A stretch of 62,895 bases of DNA, the filler included, from Globobulimina sp. (taxonomy: Eukaryota), in assembly GCA_003354225.1 (NCBI GenBank). It is 18 parts of 18 records of this genome, joined end to end, with 100 filler letters (N's around TTAATTAATTAA, not from the genome) between each part and the next. Parts side by side here need not be neighbours in the genome. Positions count along the whole stretch, not along the records: positions 42,011 to 45,409 come from PIVH01002904.1; positions 45,510 to 48,907 come from PIVH01002905.1; positions 49,008 to 52,405 come from PIVH01002906.1; positions 52,506 to 55,902 come from PIVH01002907.1; 14 more parts are not named here. The stretch is one strand, 5' to 3'. Each line of letters starts with the position of its first letter. The first letter of the stretch is position 1. The notes beneath the pieces were generated by a model, which was given only the letters and a program-made list of their open reading frames with translations, did not search any database and had not been told where the DNA came from. The translations under genes were made by a program, and so were the position numbers. Below are positions 43,246 to 56,002 of the stretch, one piece after another.

Positions 43246-44614
43246 ATGGGTAACAATAAATCCAAGTCCTCAAGCAGTGGTAATCGAGATTTGGCAACAA
43301 TTGAAAGTGAATATGCATTAAAGTCACTGTTAAAGTTTCAATCGCATGAATTTTTAGTATTCGGTTATGTTCGGACAGAAATTGAGCCATTCATTTTGCT
43401 TGGCATTCCTCATGAAATGTTACAACTAATAATATCATATTATAACGTAGGCATTCATGCACATATATTATTATGGTGCGGATCTGAACAACGTACGGAC
43501 AGAAATTATAATCAAATCCATATTTTAAACATCAAAAATCACAAAAAATATAAATTATCAGTCTACAATTTGGATAATAAACTAATGAAACCAGCAAAGA
43601 CACATTATTTCGATCGTTTACATTGTAGTTATTGCAGCATATCTGGTGTTAAATTGCCTCAATGGGTATTAAAAATGGAATATGCTCAACAACATGTTTC
43701 CGTACATAAAAAATATCATATCGTATTTAGATTTGGTGGCATTTTGAAATATGAGCCACAGAATCAACTGTATGCACATAGCTGTGATATGTTAATGATA
43801 GATTCGACAAAGTTGAGTGCAATACACAATCGCAGCGCCATTGATTCCTATTTCTGCACCATTCCGACCTCATTGTTAGGACAATACAGTGATTACAATG
43901 ATTATTCCATGTGTTATAATAACAATTTTTTAACATTATGCGGTGGAGTTGGCGCAGACCAGCAAGCCACAAAAACTATAAAACGGTTTGATCTGCAAAC
44001 CTTGACATGGGACGACGACAAATTCATTAAAAGGAGACTCATTCACGCTCGTAATGGGATAAGTTGCTGTTTGATGCAAAAGCCGTCGCCGACAATTCAA
44101 TCCGATGCACATCCATTGATATGCATTGGTGGTATGAATAATGGTCGCTTCTATGGTCGCTTCTCGAACATTGTTGAAATGTATTCATTTATTGATAATA
44201 AATCAGTGAAATTGGCATCATTGAAGCGACAGAGATATCTATGCGGATCGGTATATTTGCCATTTAATCAACAAATTGTATGTTGGTGGCAATACGTATT
44301 CTGGGTCAAAGGAAATTGAATTATATGATGTGAATAAGGATTGTTGGAGGATATTGAAGAAAAAAAGTATGTTTAGTCATCTTAGAAGACCGTTGGTATG
44401 GACTGATGAGATGAATTGTAACATTCTATATATTGCTGGGGAATCTTTTTCCAATGCGAAAAGAAATCGTTTGGGACAATTTGAAATGATGGATATGCGA
44501 ATGGAAACGAGTTGGAAGTCATTTGGAGGCAAAGATTTGATATCTTTGTTGGAATTAAGGCGTTCCGATGATGTATTCAATGATTGGGAAGTTAGAACTG
44601 GATTAATTATATAG
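43246..44614 (+). CDS. Kelch-like propeller protein with N-terminal MG and GYIR/IP-box motif; apparent frameshift near 44280
   Basis: 'MGNNKSKS', 'LVFGYVRTEIEPFILLGIPHEMLQLIISYY', GG repeats. ORF 44276 continues the repeat (VGGN...ELYDVNKDCW). Confidence 0.75.
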
Positions 44615-44711
44615 ATCGAGCTGCACACAATTTTGAGTGTATTTAAAAACTGTATTTTTAATTAAATTGTTAATGAAGTATTCAAATGAAGACTTTTGTT
44701 TTGTTTAAAGT

Positions 44712-45409
44712 TTAGTAACGTACAGAGACGGGAAAATGAAAATGTGACAACAGATTCTGATATGACTTTACTTCGTCCATAAAGGAATGAGCTTTATTGA
44801 TATACTCAATTCCATTTGCTATTAATTTCCGACACTTTTCATTGTCATTCAATAAGCTTACGCATTGCTGAATACATTGATCGGCGGTTTCAAAAATCAT
44901 TCCATTATAATTATGCTTGAGAATGCTTAAATTTCCCTCAATTTTGCGAGCCACGATTGCTTTTCCTAACAACATTGCTTCGAGTAATGCATTTGATTGG
45001 GCTTCACTTTTTGATGTATTGAGTATGATATCAGATTGAGACATTATACGCAAGAAAACATGTCTTGGCAACCCTTGATTGACAGAGAAAATGAAATTAT
45101 CCTTGTTTGCCATTGTCTCTTCTTTGCCAAATATGAATGGGTCAATAATTGTACATTTGTCTGTTTCCATCAATTGATTAAATAAATTATTGTCCAAAAC
45201 ATTGCCAATGATTAATAGATTCAGTTTCATTTTATTTTCTGAATTCGAATTGTATTTGATTAATGAATCAATAATAAACAATGGATCTTTGACCAGCCTC
45301 AGACCGCACACTAATAACAACAAATATTCGCTTTTTTCATTTGATATATTTAATACTTTTTTCATATCAATTTTGTTCTGATTATTCCCGTTAAAATTCA
45401 ATGGTAAAC
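44712..45409 (-). CDS. GLT1D1: GT4 glycosyltransferase, GLT1D1-like, 5'-truncated
   Basis: 'LLVCGLRLVKDPLF' and 'LNTSKSEAQSNALLEAM...VARKIEGN'. Confidence 0.78.
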
Positions 45410-45580
45410 NNNNNNNNNNNNNNNNNNNNNNNNNNNNNNNNNNNNNNNNNNNNTTAATTAATTAANNNNNNNNNNNNNNNNNNNNNNNNNNNNNNNNNNN
45501 NNNNNNNNNATAAAAGCATTTATATAGCATTTACCTGACTAAAACGGTACACAGTTCGAACTTGTGATGATGCGAAGCAA

Positions 45581-45835
45581 ATGGTGGCCACTAATAGTAA
45601 TAAACATAAATTCCAATCCCAAGCAAAAGATAAATTGACAGAATGGGGTTTGGAGGAATATTATGATATATTAGTGAAGCAACACGGATATGACGATATT
45701 GCGGATTGGGATGGATTAAGCATTGATAAATTAAATAAAACGATGGGATTTAAACAAGGTCATTCCGAGAGATTTGTACGAAATGTTCAAATGTGTCAGG
45801 AACAGGAACCAATATTATATCGACCCCGCCGGTAA
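45581..45835 (+). CDS. Small SAM-domain protein (possibly the 3' part of a longer gene)
   Basis: 'LTEWGLEEYYDILVKQHGYDDI...MGFKQGHSERF'. Confidence 0.65.
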   Translation: MVATNSNKHKFQSQAKDKLTEWGLEEYYDILVKQHGYDDIADWDGLSIDKLNKTMGFKQGHSERFVRNVQMCQEQEPILYRPRR

Positions 45836-46125
45836 TGTTTAATAATTAATTACAAGTATATTTTTTTGTTGTGAACTTTGTTGGCGTTTTGAAATCAACG
45901 ACATGACATTATATAGATCTTATTCATGGCGCTTGTTGTTGTTGATTTGATGTGTGTTTATATATCATTATCAACATTGTACTCATGAATTAAGTAATTC
46001 GTTATTTCAACATTCAACATAAACATTTAACAAACACCGTATCATACTTTTCCTCACTAACTGAAACGCAGTATGTTAAATCAAGGAAGTTAGAAAAACA
46101 TTAGGTGGGGTGCTAGGATATTATC

Positions 46126-48907
46126 ATGGAGCCAATCTTTAAACTTTACAAAACAACATTGCAAGAAAAGTCCCATCGATTTAATTTTACATGTTTAGAT
46201 TGCAGCGAACTAATCATTGCATTAGGAACTGATATCGGTTCATGTCATTTATATTCAACGAGCACATTACGTCCATTTGGCCAAATAATTTATGTACCAA
46301 ATTTGCCGCACGCCAATCAAACAGAAAAGAAGAAGCAACAAATCTTGACCTCCGTCAAATTTTCATCCATTCAGCACGAAAAGAATTTTCTTTTATTAGT
46401 AATTGGTACCGAATCAGGACACATTCATTTATATAATATTGATATTGTAAACAGTACATCCATCAAAGTACAAACCATCAAAATCGATAACAATCAAAAC
46501 AGCAATGAAGAGATTACGTCATTATTATGGTGCAAATTAGAAAAACTATCCTCAAATTACCATAATACATTACATAATGTCCGTGGTTCAAAATTAGACG
46601 CACTGCAAAACGACAACGTCAATGAAGCTGCGCAAGTGGCTGCCATCGAGTCGTTGAAAATCATAGTTTCAGTCAATTCGCATGGTATTAAAAATAAAGG
46701 CGGCAAAATCTATTTATTACATTTAATGTCCAATTATCTCTCGACGACTCGCAATGACATACCCGTCAAAGTCGTAAATGTGCAGTTAATATATTCGTTG
46801 CCGCAGGATTTAATCATTCAGACTTCCTTCAAAACGCACTTTGTATTAATCTCGTGCTTAACGAAATGTTTTGTTTTAGATTTCAGCACAATTTATAACA
46901 TGTCCATATTACAGGAACATAAGAAGAAATTTAAAAACAACATTCATAAACATCATAGTTTGCCGTTTGTGAATGGAGCCAACATGGAATCGATGAAATA
47001 TTTTATAAACATTTATCAGATTGGCAGCAAACCGCGCAATGGATACTATGGCGCCTGTTTTGACTGCCAAAGTATCGATGGCTGTGACCAGATATTGTCG
47101 GCAAGGAAAAGTGGCAGAGTCTGGGTCGCCGAAACACAGTCTGGCTCTGTCCGCAACACATTACGCTTCAAACTGCCAAAAATACCAAATATATTTGCAG
47201 ATAGCACCACGGACATAAATCAATCCAATTGCAATCATAATGACGTCGACATTGTATGGCAGAAAGAGATGAAAGAAAAACCGGAGAATGAAGACGTGGA
47301 TGAAAAGCAGAATAGCAACAATATGGCACAAGAGCTGGAGCCTGAATTTGCAAATGTTTCTACCACTGTTTGTCAGCAATTGGGTGTATTAATACCGTTT
47401 GGTAATTGGACATTGTCTTATTTGCACCCGAAAGATGTCAATAATGAGAAGGTGCTCAACTTAGAAACATTAAGTTTCAGCAAATATAAACAAGTGAGTA
47501 AGAAAGAAAAGAAACGGAATGGATATCACGAGAAATTGAATACTTTTGGCTTGAAAGTATTGGACCATAACTTGCCAAAATTGCTCCAATGGTATCCAAA
47601 CTTGGGCAAAATTATCGATATCGCTGTGCTTGAATCACAATGTTGTTTCTATGTTATTTACAAACCATTGTTGCATTCGACAGAGCCCGCCAATGCAAGC
47701 AAAGTTATTTTAGGCAAAGTCGAGCTATGTTCGCCCAACGAATCGGTGAAGTCGCTGATAAATAATGACAAAATCACCATTGCCATTGACTATATCTGTG
47801 CGTATAAAGTAAGGGATATAAATATGTTAGAAAATGTGAAGAAAATATTACTCAAAAAAACAGAACAAGACAATAATGAGTTGAATGTCACTACGATCCA
47901 TAAATTCGATGTACATTTCGAAGAAACAAAAGAATTTTACGATGATCACAACAATAATGTCATCATTATGGACGAATCCAATACGAACCTGAATGTGGAT
48001 GAAAATAAACAAGCATTGCAAGCAGAGGAATGCGACGGAGACAATAAAGATAAATTTACAAAATACAGAAGAGCTTCCTTAGATTATAAACCATCGCAGA
48101 AAACAACATTAACAGACCGAAGGAAAGGGAATTTCAACACGGACAGCACTCAGAATATGACCTGGCAACCGGCCAAATTTGATGTGACCAGCGCCAAAGT
48201 ATTAGGCGACACCGTTGGCTCTCCGCAAGTGGTCGAAACGGAGCATGCTAACTACGACGCCAATCTATCCGCTATTGATTTATCTCAGGATAGCACCCTC
48301 AAAAAGGACAAAGACAGCGACATGTTTTCAGCAAAGAAGTTCCTATCCATTGGCAAGAAAATGATCAAAGAGATATCTGGCCATTTGTTGGGTAATTCGA
48401 CCAATCCCTCGCCACAACCGCCCTTACCGCCGACCACTGATTTGGCTCCAAATGAATTGGAAAATGAGCAGTGCAATGCCAACGAGATCGAGATTGAGGA
48501 TGTCGGCGAAGACCGCAATGACATAATTACGGATTTGGACAGTGTGCAAACGATCCATTTCAAACAGAAACAAAACATTGCCAGAGCACGCCGCAAATCG
48601 TCGGCCAATCAACAGGTGTTTTTAGAGGCCGCTGAGGATATCAATATCGACGAACCGCTAAAGAAGCGGCATAAAGACAAGAAAAAGAAGAAAAAGAAAA
48701 GCAAAAAGAAGAAAAAAGCAGAGTTTGCCACTATCGATCCGGCGCCAAAAATGGAAGCATCGCAAAGGAAGAAGAAGAAGGAGGAGAATGTGCATGCGGT
48801 GGCTATGGGCGATATGAATGAGAACATTTGCGAGATGAATGCCAATATAATGAGTCACACCGCAGCGCCCGGAACCGGCAGTATATTGGCGTTGGATCCT
48901 GATATTA
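46126..48907 (+). CDS. HPS5/TECPR2-like WD40 propeller protein, 3'-truncated
   Basis: 'FTCLDCS...IALGTDIGSCHLY', 'VLISCLTKC', 'QIGSKPRNGYYGACF', 'SARKSGRVW...G.V.NTL.FK'. Confidence 0.8.
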
Positions 48908-49007
48908 NNNNNNNNNNNNNNNNNNNNNNNNNNNNNNNNNNNNNNNNNNNNTTAATTAATTAANNNNNNNNNNNNNNNNNNNNNNNNNNNNNNNNNNNNN
49001 NNNNNNN

Positions 49008-49612
49008 AAAAAATCATACCGACTTGTACATAGTTGAATATATGACTATAATTTGGTGGAAAAGTTCCTCCATACTTTATAGTCATATTATAGTCATATT
49101 ATATATGATTCTGCGTCTTATAGGAGATAACCCTGTATGCGCAACGTTATTACACCACAACACAATCCCCAAAAAGACCGATACTCCATCGCGTTTAGTT
49201 TATTTGTATGAGCAAAATCCAAATATTCAAAATACAAAAAAACAATATTTGAAATAATTATATACAATAACGATAACGTCGCTGCAATTGAGGAAACCAA
49301 AAATGTTTTCGAAACAAATGTTTTTGTTTTTCGATAACAGGTAATAACACCACAAATAACCGCAATACCACTTATCACCGACTGCAATGCTGTTTGAATG
49401 AGATCGATCTCAATGATTGCTTCTGTTGAAGTTTTGCTATCAATTAATACATAACTCAAGAATGCAAATCCTGCGACAAATAATAAATCGCAAACAATGG
49501 ATAAATAAACTCCACATTTAATTGGCATACATAAACATTTGTCATTCTCTTTTGTTTGCTCTGGTTCCCATAACACACTTTTCTTGACATACATAAACAT
49601 TTCCCATAACAT
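49008..49612 (-). CDS. Multi-pass membrane protein (intron 49075-49153), 3'-truncated
   Basis: Three TM helices; the predicted splice gives ...GLCCG|YGGTFPPNYSHIFNYVQVGMIF, open to the contig end. Confidence 0.55.
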
Positions 49613-49862
49613 ACTTTAATCTTTGAATTATTTGAAATCCGATGTGATAACGATGCTATTCAATGAAGTGGTGGAGATTTCACTTTTTTAATGAATTAAT
49701 TTTTTGATTCACCGAAATGCGATATATCACATAGATTGCACAATGTACACCGTTGGTCAGCTGCACAATTAATAACAGAAATTACGTCAACGTTGATCGA
49801 CTTTAATCTACACTCTGACTCTGCCTCTCCTAAACGACAAGCATTCAGTAACACACACAAAT

Positions 49863-51345
49863 TTAGAAATATATTTGCTTTGTATTTTTCAACATTATCT
49901 CCACTTTGGCTTTAATACCATACGGCTCTGCAACCTTTACACAATTATTTGATTTTTTCATTTTACCATTATGCGTTATAGAATCAACAACAGCTTTTGC
50001 AAACATCTCAGCCAACACTTGATTATCATCATTCTCCTCAATCAATTTACCAACAATATCATCAACAAAATCCGCAGAATGCCCCGAATCTGTGGCAACA
50101 ACCGGCGTACCACACGCCAAACATTCAATAATTCCCAACGCAAATTGTTCATTTTCCATCGGAAACACCCCAACGTCGCAAACATTATATAATCTCACCA
50201 ACAAATTCACACTTTTGGCACCAACAAAATACACATTCTTATTTCCCAATTTATTATTTAATGCTTGCAATCTCTCTTTTTCTTTTTCTAATTCTTCCAT
50301 ATTATTCCCAACAATCAATGTTAATATCTCATTGTCACCAAAACATTTCTCATATTCACTTGCTGCATAAACCAAACATTCAATTCTTTTCCATTCAGCC
50401 AAACCTCCAGCAAATAACACCAAATATTTGTAATTCTTATCATATCCAATATATCCATCTTGCTCTGAATTATTTTTATGTTCGTCTGTTTCAACAATTT
50501 CTGCAGTTTTGAGCTGAATATCTCGCAAAACCTCCGTTAAACACAAACGATCCGATAATTTCCTAAATATTGGGTTATAGCCAGGAGTGCTATAAATTAA
50601 ATTATTTGGATCAAATTTAGGGAATAATCGAGTGAATTTATCTGTTATTTCTGTACCAATGCTATATATCAGATCAACATTGCCAATGATTGAAATATTT
50701 GATTCAAATAACTGTAAATCTGTTTGCATCCAATTCATGCTCATCCAATTCATGCTCATATATTTTTAATACATCACCGTCAACAAATGACGCAATTCTA
50801 ATATCAATCTTTAATCCGTTTCCTTTGCGTCTTTTCATTACATTTGATACGATGATATTATTAATAAATGGATGATGACAAATAATCAGCGATATTTGTT
50901 GTGTGTTTTCAATTTCAACCATAAAATCATAGATTAAATCTTGTAAATTACTTTGAAATTTCTTTATATATAATTGAGATTTTGATGACCATTTTGTGAT
51001 TGGTGGAATTTCCTCAACTTCGTATATACGGACATTGTCATTGTTGTTTACAGTCAAATCTGTATTCATCTGCTTGGCAGACGGGCAAATCGAAGGCGAT
51101 ACACAGCCATCAATTGAATTTATTGCATTCTGAGGCAATTCATGTAAATTTGCGGAATTGGATGTTGATTGAAATTGACTTTGCCATGGAAGTAAGCCAA
51201 TTTGCAGGATAACAAAACTCGAATCAGAAGCATTAATCTTAGATTTTTGCGTCATTAGATTATCCATATCAATTTTTTTAAATCGTTCCATTTTTTTATC
51301 GTTCCATCTATTATTTTTTCCCGCGCAACTGCAACAGGCACCCAT
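49863..51345 (-). CDS. GT4 glycosyltransferase with acylation-type N-terminus (MGACCSC); apparent frameshift near 50713
   Basis: Two overlapping ORFs; 'VLFAGGLAEWKRIECL' and 'DVGVFPMENEQFALGIIECLACGTPVVAT'. Confidence 0.8.
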
Positions 51346-51404
51346 GTTGTTGACTACGGTAAGAAGTTTTTACTTCAATAAACATTTAAAAAACATCAAT
51401 TATA

Positions 51405-52250
51405 ATGGCAGAAATAGCGCCAGTTCCCGAAATGAAAGAAAATAAGCATATAGTTGCAGATGATACAGAATGTGGTCTTCAAACGATGTATACTCAAACG
51501 TGGTCGCAAACGTTGCACGATATAATATTTAATTTTTTGCGTGAAAATGAGTATTTACCGGATTGTAATGATCGGAATCAATTGAAAAGTGCTCCTAAAT
51601 CTGTATTAGATGTAATTGCAATTTTTTATGCCAATGATCAAACAAATTATAAAACATTTAGTGATTATGTCACAGCAATGTTACTATTTAAATATTTAAA
51701 TTTAATTAAAAAAATGAATAAAAAAGATTTAAAAGGAACAGAATTTGCAAATATTAAAAAAGAATATGGCTTAAAAAAATCAAAGGCATTGACTACAAAA
51801 ACAGTATTTAAAGTATTGAAAGATTACAAAATGAAGAAAATAAAAATAGATTTCTCGATAATTGACGAATTTTATATATTATTTGTTGACCAACATTTTG
51901 ATGAGAATATTGTATCTCTATCATATCCAAAAACGTTTAAATATAATTTATCCTCTGATGAATTGCAAATATTGCAAGGAATGAAAGACTATAAAACAAA
52001 TTCAAATCTCTTGGATGAACTGAAAAGCAAAGCATTTTTTAAAACAGGAACCCAAAATAAAAAAATTAGATATCATACGATGATTGATTGCGAAGAAGGA
52101 TATGTTTACGCTTTGGATTATCCCGGCAAATATTCATATTTTATATTCCAATTTAGATTTTTTTCAATCATTATTCATGATGTTATCAAATCTGAAAATA
52201 ATATTGAAAGAAAAATGGAAGGGAATATTGCTGCAAATCAGTATCTGTGA
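51405..52250 (+). CDS. Hypothetical protein with a variant GYIR/IP-box motif
   Basis: 281-aa ORF, 'IIFNFLRENE...APKSVLDVIAIFY'; may continue to the contig end via an intron or frameshift. Confidence 0.55.
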   Translation: MAEIAPVPEMKENKHIVADDTECGLQTMYTQTWSQTLHDIIFNFLRENEYLPDCNDRNQLKSAPKSVLDVIAIFYANDQTNYKTFSDYVTAMLLFKYLNLIKKMNKKDLKGTEFANIKKEYGLKKSKALTTKTVFKVLKDYKMKKIKIDFSIIDEFYILFVDQHFDENIVSLSYPKTFKYNLSSDELQILQGMKDYKTNSNLLDELKSKAFFKTGTQNKKIRYHTMIDCEEGYVYALDYPGKYSYFIFQFRFFSIIIHDVIKSENNIERKMEGNIAANQYL

Positions 52251-52505
52251 AAACCTTTCAAGTAAGTTAAATTCCTTCCCTCTAATGATGGCACCCCTGT
52301 TGCTACCTGGAATTACAACTATTATCCGAGGGATTTCCATTAGACTGGGATAGGAATGAAAGGTTGCAGCCGCTAATTGCAGATATACACCAAACACTAA
52401 AGACCNNNNNNNNNNNNNNNNNNNNNNNNNNNNNNNNNNNNNNNNNNNNTTAATTAATTAANNNNNNNNNNNNNNNNNNNNNNNNNNNNNNNNNNNNNNN
52501 NNNNN

Positions 52506-52778
52506 TAATAATCGCAATGCATTACATCGTAAATCACAAATAAAATGAATAATATATTTCTTCTTTATCTTATGACTATTTCCATCCTTTTTTTCTTCGA
52601 TCTCCATTTCATATTCACGTGTACCTGAACCCCTTGTATGAGTATCTGATGCTTCCTCAGCATTATGAATTGTAAATATCTCTTCCAATTCATCAAACAA
52701 ATTATCATCCACTTGAATCACTAAATGCTCTGCATTTGCATGCAATTCGCTATTTTTAACACTTATACCAATATGCAT
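52506..52778 (-). CDS. Hypothetical protein, 3'-truncated
   Basis: ATG-initiated ORF running into the spacer, divergent from the 52875 gene. Confidence 0.45.
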
Positions 52779-52874
52779 GCTTCTAAACTGCAGTTAGAAA
52801 CAACAATTGAGTTTTAGTGACACAGTTTATTTTAATTCTGTTCTTTTCAGTAAGTTTTTTTTTGCTGTCAAACC

Positions 52875-55006
52875 ATGTCACAAGACACAAAAAGAAACAA
52901 AAATAAACAAATCAATGACACAACACGACGTAGCTCCATTTTTAAAGCAAAAAAAAATAGCAACCCAACAAAAAAACGAGCATCAATAAATAGACAATCG
53001 TCATTTCATTATCTACCATCTCCAATAGACATAACACGTGCTTCCTCACTTGGTACCACATCTAAATATACTTAATTTTCGCCGCATATATATTATTATA
53101 TAAATACAAAATAAATAATATAATATATATCTAATATAGGAACAATGTCTCGAATCGTACCATTAACACAGATCAGTGAGCATGGACATGAGCAATCGAA
53201 TAATTTCGTGGGGCTAAATACCAATTTATCAGCACAAGAATTAGATAAATATAAAATACAATATTATGAAACCGATAGTATTTATCAACGATTATTATGC
53301 AATAAATGTAATTGCGAATTATGCAAAAACCAATCAAAACTGCCACCACTCAAAGCATCGCAGAGCGATGGCATTGCTCCATTACGCCACAAAATGTTAT
53401 TAAAAACCCGGCATTCTGCCTATAATATAAACGAATCCATCAATCCCGGACCGTCTCTGTTATTCCGCCACAAATCTTTATCCATATCCTACTCCACAAA
53501 GAATGTATTGCTCTCCAACCACACTCAACACTTAAATTACAAGCATTCGTTCGCCTGTTTGTGCGAAAAAGATGCAGATTTGCCATTGATTAGCATCATG
53601 AGCATCGGCGCAAAGAATGATATTGCGAATTTTTTGCACATTTTAAATGATATCAACAGCAAAATGATACGCATAAATTCATCGCTATCGCACAAATGCA
53701 ATGCAAAACTGTTTATGGATAAGAATAACAATAACGATGTTCCTATATTGATGTTAAAAAGATTTCAAAATATCGACTCTCTTCACCCCGCAATCAGAAC
53801 ATGTTTGTACTACGTTGCGAATATGAACCGTTTCCTATGTAAATTGTTTAAATATATTTAGATCATAAACGATTATCGCAGCCATTAGATTTTGCTCCGA
53901 AATATATCATTTATGACAATGTGAAAGAAATTATCGATATTATAAAAGTGATGAGCCACATTGTGAAATGTTTTGTGAATGGACACGGGATGCCGTTCCA
54001 GATTGATTTGGTGATTATTCCTCCAAAAACGCAAAAAAAAAACGTTTTGAATGTAAGCTATAACGATGAGGATGATGAAGATGATGATGATGATGTTGAG
54101 GTTGATACAGATGATAAAGAGGACGAAAACGACGATTTTGAGGTTGTTACAGATGACGAAGACGATGAAAAGCAAATGTTTTGCAATGACATCGGTGATC
54201 TGTTTGCAAATGGTTTATTACAGGAACATAGCGATCATTTTTACGATAAATGCATTGTTTTGGACCGTACTGAGCGTGGAATCAAAGCATTTAAGAAGCA
54301 TTTAACGGATAGAAAGATAAATATATTTCGGAAATCTACGCAAAACGGACGATATGTGATTGTTGTTGACCGTGCTGGGAAACATACGCATAAATTCAAG
54401 GAAACTGCGATACGGTTTGGGCCAGAAAACGAGAGTCATACTGATGTGGGGAGCGATTATATGTATTTTTTCCAACCACCCAAACCCTTCGGCGATATTA
54501 TTGGCTATAACCGATTGATAGAGATATTGCATTTGAATACATTGCAATGTTTATTGCCAAAAATAAATACAAAATTGAATGTAAATAATGCCTATGATGA
54601 CGAGAAGATAAATGGGAGATTACGCACAGAAAAGGAAGAATTTTATGGTGCGAAGGATTTATGTGACGGCAAGATTTTATGTGTTTCGTTTCATGTGCTG
54701 AGTGAGGATGAAATACGTTGCTATTTGTATGTGGATCAGAAGTATTTGAGAATAGATTTGGATGAACATGGACAGGATTTGGAGGATGTGTTGAAGTGCT
54801 ATGTCCAATCCACAACATCCGGGGTTGCAAATAGATCAAATTGTAAAAGAAGTGAAGATTCCAAGTATAATAAGTTTGCATTTCATACAACGGATACAAA
54901 ATTTGATAATTATTTCAAATGGGTACAAGAACGACTTGAACAGCAACATAAACGAAGTAGCAGTCATAAACAGGAGAAACCGCTTGATATTGGAGGAAAT
55001 GAGTAA
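52875..55006 (+). CDS. Hypothetical 3-exon protein with an acidic tract (introns 53053-53139 and 53839-53888)
   Basis: Both GT-AG introns join ORFs 52875, 53145 and 53921 in frame. Confidence 0.65.
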
Positions 55007-55149
55007 AAATTTGACTTTATGCCCTTGTGTATTGTTGATTGTGAATGATATTTTATTATTTCTTTACCACATCACTAGTATAATGTTGCTGTAGTTTACA
55101 TATTGAAAAAGAAATGCAAAGTATTATAAAATGTATTAGTACACAAAAA

Positions 55150-55902
55150 TTATAATGATAATGCATGAGTTTGTGTTTTAACATTCCATCCCCAGAGAAA
55201 TTTTGCAACTGCTTCGAATGTTTGTGTTGCATTCATGTTGTTATTGTGGATCAGACTCAAAATATCTGTCACAACTTTAGAAAAGTTCCAATTCCCCCAA
55301 TCTAACGACATATTTTTGGGAATATATTGCTTCGGCATTGTGTCCTTTGAATCCATTGAATGTGGAAATTCCATATCGTTTGGCACTGAGCGACAGCCCA
55401 GAAACTTAGCAACTTTTTCCCACGCATTGTCCTCGCATTCTATACATACTATCAACACATCCTTATCAACGCCAATCCTCTCCCTCCCAAAGTATCGCAA
55501 CACATTCGAATGGTGCTTCTCATATAACCTCGCCTGCAACATCGTCATTTCCACAATAAACTGATGATCAACCAATAGATGCTCCCATTCATTGTCCCAA
55601 CGCAATTTGCTCAAATTAGAGCGCGAGAAGGTGTTCTTGTGGAATTTGGGTTGGATTCGCAGTTCGTGCTTAACAGCGCTGTTAACGCGGTCATACGTCG
55701 ATTTCCGCACAGTATAAATATATTTGCTGTTTGGATACCATTTATCCCATAAAGTATATAAAAAGCACCATGGCGAATCGTCAAAGAGTTGGCTAACGCG
55801 AGAGATCGCAAATACATCTGTGAGATAGGCAGAATTTGCAAAGGCCCACGAAATGTCATCAGCAGAAAATGGTCGCCATAAATTATGTCGATATCTCATG
55901 AA
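55150..55902 (-). CDS. Sulfotransferase-family (Sulfotransfer_4-like) protein, 5'-truncated
   Basis: 'DSPWCFLY..WDKWYPNSKYIYTVR', 'YEKHHSNVLRYF', 'WEKVAKFLG..VP..EFPH'. Confidence 0.8.
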   Translation of the reverse strand, partial: FMRYRHNLWRPFSADDISWAFANSAYLTDVFAISRVSQLFDDSPWCFLYTLWDKWYPNSKYIYTVRKSTYDRVNSAVKHELRIQPKFHKNTFSRSNLSKLRWDNEWEHLLVDHQFIVEMTMLQARLYEKHHSNVLRYFGRERIGVDKDVLIVCIECEDNAWEKVAKFLGCRSVPNDMEFPHSMDSKDTMPKQYIPKNMSLDWGNWNFSKVVTDILSLIHNNNMNATQTFEAVAKFLWGWNVKTQTHALSL

Positions 55903-56002
55903 NNNNNNNNNNNNNNNNNNNNNNNNNNNNNNNNNNNNNNNNNNNNTTAATTAATTAANNNNNNNNNNNNNNNNNNNNNNNNNNNNNNNNNNNNNNNNNN
56001 NN

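Noticed and set aside
50727-50759. 15-bp tandem duplication as the cause of the GT4 frameshift
   Set aside because: 15 bp is in frame (EHELD twice); the shift lies slightly downstream, near 50713.
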